Made by a program: the position numbers and the translations under genes. The notes below the pieces were generated by a model. The model worked only from the letters and a program-made list of their open reading frames with translations, was not told the origin of the DNA and made no database searches. From the NCBI GenBank assembly GCA_000004695.1, contig CM000153.2:704001-768000 (forward strand): a stretch of 64,000 bases of DNA, read 5' to 3'. The stretch comes from Dictyostelium discoideum (taxonomy: Eukaryota). How positions within the stretch are numbered: position 1 is the first letter of the stretch; each line of letters starts with the position of its first letter. Shown in pieces: positions 56,908-64,000 of this stretch.

Positions 56908-58889
56908 TTAACTATTAAAAAATTTAATTATTTCATTATTAATAAAAGTTATTGATTTATTTCTTTTATTTTTTAATTGTAAATTTGAAAAAGTTGTTTT
57001 GTTGTGTAAATATCCTAATGAATGTGTTGGTTGACTTTTAATAAAATCTTTAATATATTTACAATTACCTGTACTAATTACATGATTGATATCATTAATT
57101 GGATTGAAAAGACTAATTAATTTTATTTCAGATTGAAATCCTACCAAAGTGTTATTTGTTATTAAACCATTTCTATATAGATTATAAATAAATTTACGTT
57201 GTTTAAAATTCCTATAAATATCCAAACCAATTGAAATTTCAATTTTTGGTTTTGATTCTTCTAAAGAATTATTATATTCAATTAATTTTTGAATGGAATA
57301 ATAAAATAAATAACCAGATTCCCATTCATTTAATTCAGAGATATTATTTAATGAACCACTAAATCTATAACCAAGTTTTTCATACATAAACTTTGCAACT
57401 TGAATAGTTTCACTATGATTAATTGATGTTTGTTTATTAATTCCTCCAATATTATTATCGTGAATATATTCTATAAAATTTAAATTATTTGATTTTATAA
57501 TTAATTTACTAATTGATTCATGATCCCATATAAAAAGATCTCTATTATTTTCATAAAAATATTTAAAAATATTTTCATTACCAACTAATAAATTACCATT
57601 TAAATATTCTGGTTTTGTTGAAATATTTGAAAAATAATAAGATTTTATTATTAATGCAATTTTTTTGAAATTTTCATTATCGTCACCACTATCACTATCA
57701 CCACCGTCTCCATCACCATTTGTCTTTAGTTTATCTTGTGTATTATTGTTTATTATATGTTTAAAAATTGTTTCTTTAATATTTGTATTATACTTAAATA
57801 AAACATCTAAAAAATTTAATTGCTTTGATATTGGAGTGGTTTTTGGGTTGAAAAATAGATCTTGTGGTAATTTTATTAAATGAGATATAGCTAATCCTCT
57901 ACTATGATCAAAATGATAACCCTCTTTAAATAAATCCTTTATTCTATCAATTATTTGGGAATCTGCATATTTCATTGATACATCAATAATCATTGAACTA
58001 GTTACATCATTATTTATCCATTGACTGTTTATTTCTTCAAATAAATAATTATAATCACCATATTGACAAATAAAATTTAAAATTAATTTTACCCAATCTT
58101 CATTTGTTAATAATACCATATCTTTAACTTTTTTTAAAAATTCAAATAAAAATATTCTTTTTATTTCTCTTTCAAATATAAAATTATTATTATTATTTAA
58201 ATTATTATTAATAAGATTATTTATTTTATTTAAAGTTTCAGAATAGTAAAGTGAATCTGATTTTTGGATTTGTGATAAAAGGTATAATCCATTTTGTAAA
58301 TGATTTAAAAAGGTATTAAATGTTATTAATTGATTATTATGGTGATTATAGGTTATAAACTGAGAACAATTGACAGTTATTGAACTAAATTTATTTGTTA
58401 CTGAATTTTGTTTAAATCTATCTAATAAAGATTCAACCCAACCCATATTATATAACCTTTTAAATAGATTAAACTCTAAAAGTATTAATTTATAATTATT
58501 ATTATCATTAAGTTTTTTTGATTTTGGTGATAATTTTAATTCATCTAATAAATAACTTAATACTTCATTTCTATTTGGTAATTCTAATACATTTGAAATT
58601 AATAGTAACTCTTGTTGTAAATTTTTTTTATTTAAATAATTTTTTTTATTTTTAACAATTTCATTATTAATATATTTTATAATATCCAAATTACCGCATT
58701 TGAATGCTAAATCTAATAATATTGAACTATCTTCAACTATTTCTTGATTAATAATAATATCTTTATGAATTATTTTAACAAATTCTAAATTATTTGTACT
58801 TATAGAGAATGAAAATAATTTATTTTCACCATTCTTTAAAAAAAGTGCTTTTATTTGTTTTTTATTCTTTTGATAAAATTTATTTAAAA

Positions 58890-58962
<73 letters not shown>

Positions 58963-59256
58963 TTTATTTATTAAATGTTGAATAAAAAGTTTTAATTCAT
59001 TTTCTTCAATTTCATTCTCTTCAAATTCTATACCAATTTTAACTTTATCATATAATAGTTCAAAAAAATTATTTTTTATCATCCAACAAAATGTTGCTTC
59101 ATCAAATCTTAATCTTTGTGTATAACTCTTATTTTTAATATTACTATTGGTAATTTGTCGATTTATACCTCTAACGATTTTAAATATTTTTTTTAATAAA
59201 AATATATTATTAAAAACTGATTTATATAATGTATAGATTTTATCACTGCATTCCAT
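56908..59256 (-). CDS. Hypothetical protein (782 aa), F-box-like N-terminus plus ankyrin-like repeats. Paralog of the adjacent gene.
   Basis: MECSDKIYTLYKSVFNNIFLLKKIFKIVRGINRQITNS... is shared with the neighbour (RFDIYKLYKLVFNDIYLCKKIYKFVRGINRQFTNS). Repeats resemble LDLAFKCGNLDIIKYINN (ank-like). The C-terminal INHSETIQVAKFMYEKLGYRF matches the neighbour's INHCKTRQVAELMYEKLGYKF. Contains a poly-N. Confidence 0.55.
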
Positions 59257-59324
59257 ATTTAATCAATAACTTGTTGTGGTAATATTATTGAAAAAAAAAA
59301 AAAAAAATTAAAAAAAAATTTAAA

Positions 59325-59356
<32 letters not shown>

Positions 59357-59554
59357 TGAAACCTTCAAATGGGTGTTTATTATTAGATTCACTTTATTAA
59401 TTTTATAAATCTTAATTTTTTAAACAAATGAATATTAAATAGTATTATTAAAAACATGTAATTAATTAAAAATCAAAAATTTAAAAAAATCAAAAAAAAA
59501 AAAAATTAATTAAAAATACATTATTTTATTATTTTTTTTTTTTAAAAAATATGT

Positions 59555-61178
59555 TTATAATCTTGAGGTTTTAATATTAAAATAATTAATTATAAAGTTA
59601 TTATTTACAGGGAAAGATTTACAAAAATTATCATCAAATATTATTTTTGAATTATTTTCTTTAATGTATTGATTTATATATGATAAATTACCAAATTTTT
59701 TTAAAGATTCTAATGAGTTTAAAGAGTTTAAAAATTCATTTACTTGATTATCACCAATTGAAATGTTATTAAAATTTAATTTCCCATCAATGATTAATTT
59801 TGATAAAAATTTCAATTTTTTATAATCATTTCCTACTTTATTACTTGTGATAATTAATAAATTACTTGAAGAATCTGATTGATTATCTTTAATGATTTTA
59901 TTAATTGCATAATAAAATAAATAATTTGAATTCCAATCATTTAGATTTGAAATATCAATAAGTTGACTATCGAATTTATAACCCAATTTTTCATACATTA
60001 ATTCAGCAACTTGTCTAGTTTTACAATGATTAATTGAAGAATTTAAATCCAATGAACCAATTTCATTATTATGAATAAATTCAATTAATTCTAAATTACT
60101 TGATTTAATTATTGATTCACTAATATTCTTATCATTCCAATCAAATAATTCATAATGATTTTTAAAATAATATTTAAAAATCATTTCATTTCCAGTAAAT
60201 AAATTTGCAGTTAGTTTCGTAGTAGTACTACTACTGGTGGTGGTAGTGCTAGTGGTAGAATTGTAATTTTTAATAATTTCAATAATTTTATTTGCATGGT
60301 CGACAATTGTTAAATCAATAAAATTATCAAATATATTCTTTAAAATGATTTCTTTACATTGGAAATTATATTTGTAAATGGTTTCAATAAATATTAATTG
60401 TTGATTGATATTAACTAATTTTGGATTATAATAATAATTGTTTGTTGATGTGTCATTGTGATGTCTAACATATGATTCATCTAAATAACGTTGAAAATAT
60501 TGTTCATAAAATGTTGGTATAACTTCAATGAAATTTGGGTCACCATGTTGTACAGCTATTTGGATAACCAATGATGAAAACATTTTCTCTGGTGATTTTA
60601 ATTTTACATTTATATCTTCAATCTTTTTAATATTTAATTCATCTTGAATTAAATTATATTCTTGACTTTCTCTTGAATAATTTAATATAATAAGTGTCCA
60701 TTCATCTTGTGAAAATATTAATTCTTTAATTTCTTTTAAAAAATCAATTAAAATAATTCTTTTTAATTGAATTTCAATTTTATTTCCACTAAAATTAATT
60801 TCATCATCATCATCACTATTAATTTCAACAATTGATTTAACTTTATTTGAAATTACTGATTTAATATTTGAAAATAAATTTGTTATTTTAAATTCTGCCT
60901 GTTGTTCATATTTCTCATTTTGCTGGTCTTCTTCTTGTTGTTGGTCTTGTTGTTGTAATAATTTATTTATATTTTTTAAAGGCTGACAATATTTAGATTT
61001 AATAGTTGATAAAAATAAAATTGTATTTTGGAAAAAATTTAAAACATTATTAAATGGAATAAAATCTTTTCCATTATTATAATTTATTAAATATTTTGAA
61101 TAAAGTCTAATTCTTGTGCAAAGTTTACTAATTATTAAATCATGTGAACTTTTATTAATAATAAAATTATTATTATTA

Positions 61179-61213
<35 letters not shown>

Positions 61214-62074
61214 GGTTGGTATTGAAATTAAACCAATTTCAAATAACTTTTTAAATAATGATGATTCTAAATTAAAAAAATCAGTGAATAATGATTTTGG
61301 ATCGTATGGATAATTATCATCTCTTTCCGATTTTATTGGTTTGAAATTAATTTCATTTAATAAATATTTAATTATTTTGTTTTTATTATTAATAGTAGTG
61401 GTTGATGCAATTATATTATTTATTGTTTTCTCTCTGTCAACAAATTCAATACCTAATGTATTATGAACAAATTTAATTATTTCTAAATTTCCATTCTTTA
61501 TTGCACTATCCATTAGAAAGTTAAATGGGTTATTCGTTTTTTCAAGTTTAAATTCTTTATTTATAAACTCTTGTTGATATATTATTTCAATAAAATCCAA
61601 ATTTTGTGAATCTACTGCAAATTTTAAAATTCCATCTATCGAAGCCAATTCTTTAATTAATTTTTTATTTGTTTCATAAAATGTATTTAAAATTTCTTTT
61701 GTAATAATTAATGATGGTGTTGATGTTGGTGTTGGTGTTGGTGTTGGTGATGTTGATGATGTTGATGATGTTGATGTTAATGTTAAAAATAATGAAATGT
61801 TTGGTAACGTGAAATCATCATTTTCTTCTTTAAATTGTTTACCAATTTTGATTTTATCTTTTAATAATTGAAAATGAGCATTTTTAACCATCCAAATAAA
61901 TGTTGCTTCATTGTATCTACATCTTTGTGTGAATGATTTATTTTCTATCATACTATTTGTAAATTGTCTGTTTATACCTCTAACAAATTTATAAATCTTT
62001 TTACATAAATAAATATCATTAAATACTAATTTATATAATTTATAAATGTCAAATCTATGAGAACTAACAACCAT
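59555..62074 (-). CDS. Hypothetical protein (839 aa), tandem paralog of 56908-59256. F-box-like N-terminus plus ankyrin-like repeats.
   Basis: Collinear similarity to the downstream paralog along the whole length (about 30-35% identity by eye): F-box-like N-terminus, FAVDSQNLDFIEIIYQQ / MDSAIKNGNLEIIKFVHN, and the shared C-terminal block GNEMIFKYYFKNHYELFDWNDKNISESIIKSSNLELIEFIHNNEIG. Confidence 0.55.
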
Positions 62075-62652
62075 TTTTTATTTTTTATTTTTTATTTTTT
62101 ATTTTTTTTATTCAAGATTAAGAAATATAATAATAAAAAAAAAAAAAAAAAAAAAATTCCATAAAAAATATGGAAATTCAAAAAAAAAATTAAAATAAAA
62201 ATTAAAAAAAAAAATAGATATTTTTTTTTTTTTTTTCAAATAAAAGAACCACATATGCAAATATTGGTTTGTTTTGTTTGTGTGTTTTAAAACACCTTTT
62301 TCAAATGACTCATTATCTATTTTTAACTTTTTTTAAAAAATAACACATCATTCAAAAATATCTAAGAACATTAAAAATATATTTATCATTTTTAAAAAAA
62401 AAAAATAAATGATTATTTATTAATTTATTTATTTATTTAATAATAAATGGTGAATGGAAAAAAAAAGAAATTGTTTTTTTTTATTTTCCCCCACTGAATG
62501 TGTTCGAATCACGCCAAAAAGTTTTTATTTTATTTTATTTTTTTTCTTTTTTTTTTTTTTTTTTTTTTATCCCCACCAAATTATTTTTTTTATTGGGTGT
62601 TTCAAAACTTTTTTTAATTATTTAATATAAAAAAAAAAAAGGAAAAAAAGGA

Positions 62653-63474
62653 ATGTCAAATGTTTTATTTTTTATTTCTTTATATTTATTATCGAATAGT
62701 TTTGTAAATTCTCAAGGATCTCCATCTAGTTGTACTTTTAATGGTATAAATTATGGTTCATTAAGTAATGGTAGTTATTCAGCATTAAGTGCAGCCTCAA
62801 GTGTAAATCCTCAAGGTAAATATAGATACTATTGGAATATATGCGGTGATGCAACTCAATGTAAATCATATGGGAGTTGGTCAGCATGTCAACTTCAAGT
62901 TGGTTCAACAGGTAATCCAAATCCTGTAGGTTTAACAAGTCTTGGTTCATTTGGTACATCAAACTCAGGTGATACACAATTAAAATACACCACATCCTTA
63001 AAATGCGCAAATGGAAATAATAGAACTTTTATTATGACATTTACCTGTTCTAATAATCAAGTAATTTCATCCTCATTAGTTTCAGAGAATAATTGTATTT
63101 ATACTGTAGAAATGAGTGGAAACATTTTTTGTCCCACTCCAACTCCAACTCCAACTCCAACTCCAACTCCTACTCCTAATCCAACTTCAAATGTAACCTG
63201 TAAATCATCCAATGGAATTTCAATAACTAGTTCAGATATCATTACATGTATTGGATATGGTCAATCAATATGTACAACATCATCAGGCTATTCATGTGAA
63301 ACCAATCAAACTAATGGAGTTCTTAAATGTATTTCACCTGATAATTCAATTTCATGTATTGGTAATCAATTCTATTGTTATACTCAATCTTATACATGCT
63401 CAGTTGATTTTAAATCTTATGATGGATTACAAGTGAATGGTAAAATCATTAATTCAACTTATTTTTCATCATAA
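62653..63474 (+). CDS. Secreted Cys-rich protein: signal peptide, MRH-like (mannose-6-phosphate-receptor-homology-type) Cys/Trp/Tyr pattern, (TP)n linker, and a second Cys-rich C-terminal module.
   Basis: MSNVLFFISLYLLSNSFVNSQ is a signal peptide. YRYYWNICGDATQC...WSACQ...CANGNNRTFIMTFTC...CIYTVEMSGNIFC recalls MRH/Yos9-type domains. TPTPTPTPTPTPTPNP is a linker. The C-terminal part has 8 Cys. Confidence 0.5.
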   Translation: MSNVLFFISLYLLSNSFVNSQGSPSSCTFNGINYGSLSNGSYSALSAASSVNPQGKYRYYWNICGDATQCKSYGSWSACQLQVGSTGNPNPVGLTSLGSFGTSNSGDTQLKYTTSLKCANGNNRTFIMTFTCSNNQVISSSLVSENNCIYTVEMSGNIFCPTPTPTPTPTPTPTPNPTSNVTCKSSNGISITSSDIITCIGYGQSICTTSSGYSCETNQTNGVLKCISPDNSISCIGNQFYCYTQSYTCSVDFKSYDGLQVNGKIINSTYFSS

Positions 63475-63689
63475 TTTACTTCAAAATGCTCCTTTTTACG
63501 ATGCCAAGTAATTCATTAAAAACTTAAAAAGTAATAAAAAATAGCTTATATTTATTTAAATATTAATTCTAATTTTAAAAGGTTTTTTAAACATTTGATT
63601 AAAATATTTAAAAAAATTTTTTTTTTTTTTTTTTTTTTTTTGGTTTTATTTTCAAGAAGAAAATTTTTTTTTTTTTTTTTTTTTCTTGA

Positions 63690-64000
63690 AAGGTCCTCAA
63701 GGTAAATATAGATACTATTGGAATATATGCGGTGATGTAATTTAATGTAAATCCATTGTTGTATCAGCATGTCAACTTTACGTTGGTTCAACATATTCTC
63801 CAACTCCTATAGGTTTAACAAGTCGTGGTTCTTTTGGTACATCAAATTCAACTACACAATTAAAATACACCACAAATTCAAGATGTTCTAATGGGAATTT
63901 TAGATCTTCTGTTATGTCATTTACTTGTTACAATAGTAAAGAAATTACATCCACACTAGTTGTAGACAATCAATGTATTTATAATGTAGAAATGAGTGGC
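63690..64000 (+). pseudogene. 5'-truncated tandem duplicate of the 62653-63474 gene carrying an in-frame TAA. Probable pseudogene, though it continues past the window end.
   Basis: The 43 nt cctcaaggtaaatatagatactattggaatatatgcggtgatg are identical to 62809-62851. The copy then reads GDVI* (CAA>TAA relative to the intact copy, plus a small deletion). It still encodes ...SACQLYVGSTYSPTPIGLTSRGSFGTSNSTTQLKYTTNSRCSNGNFRSSVMSFTCYNSKEITSTLVVDNQCIYNVEMSG. It has no signal-peptide exon and is preceded by poly-T. Confidence 0.4.

Overview
This is almost certainly Dictyostelium discoideum nuclear DNA. It is about 78% A+T, with long poly-A/T tracts, (AAT)n/(CAA)n codon repeats giving poly-Asn/poly-Gln, and short AT-rich GT..AG introns. 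The evidence is six-frame translations compared from memory with known protein families; nothing was searched against a database.

About 24 protein-coding genes are supported. Identifiable ones are a SET+MYND methyltransferase, a QTRT2-like queuine tRNA-ribosyltransferase subunit, an SMG9 homolog, a secreted metallophosphoesterase, the GGDEF diguanylate cyclase DgcA, GCN5, ARL8, trehalase, a TKL-type kinase with a very large acidic tandem-repeat tail, and a 2408-aa UBR-box E3 ligase. Clade-specific or unnamed genes include a 1633-aa Asn-rich surface protein with a C-terminal multi-pass membrane domain, a TRAF-zinc-finger protein with a C-terminal thioredoxin domain, and a tandem pair of F-box-like/ankyrin-like paralogs.

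No tRNA or rRNA genes and no CRISPR array were seen. Non-genic highlights:
- A 7.4-kb gene-free AT-rich block at 13.2-20.6 kb containing perfect hairpins.
- A region of frameshifted ORF fragments and inverted repeats at 26.6-29.7 kb that looks like transposon debris.
- A ~330-bp GC-rich quasi-palindromic MITE-like (thug-like) element at 31.7-32.04 kb, preceded by an (ATGTTG)n array and a DUSE-like ACCCACAA motif.
- A 5'-truncated duplicate, carrying a nonsense codon, of the secreted Cys-rich gene at the 3' edge of the window.
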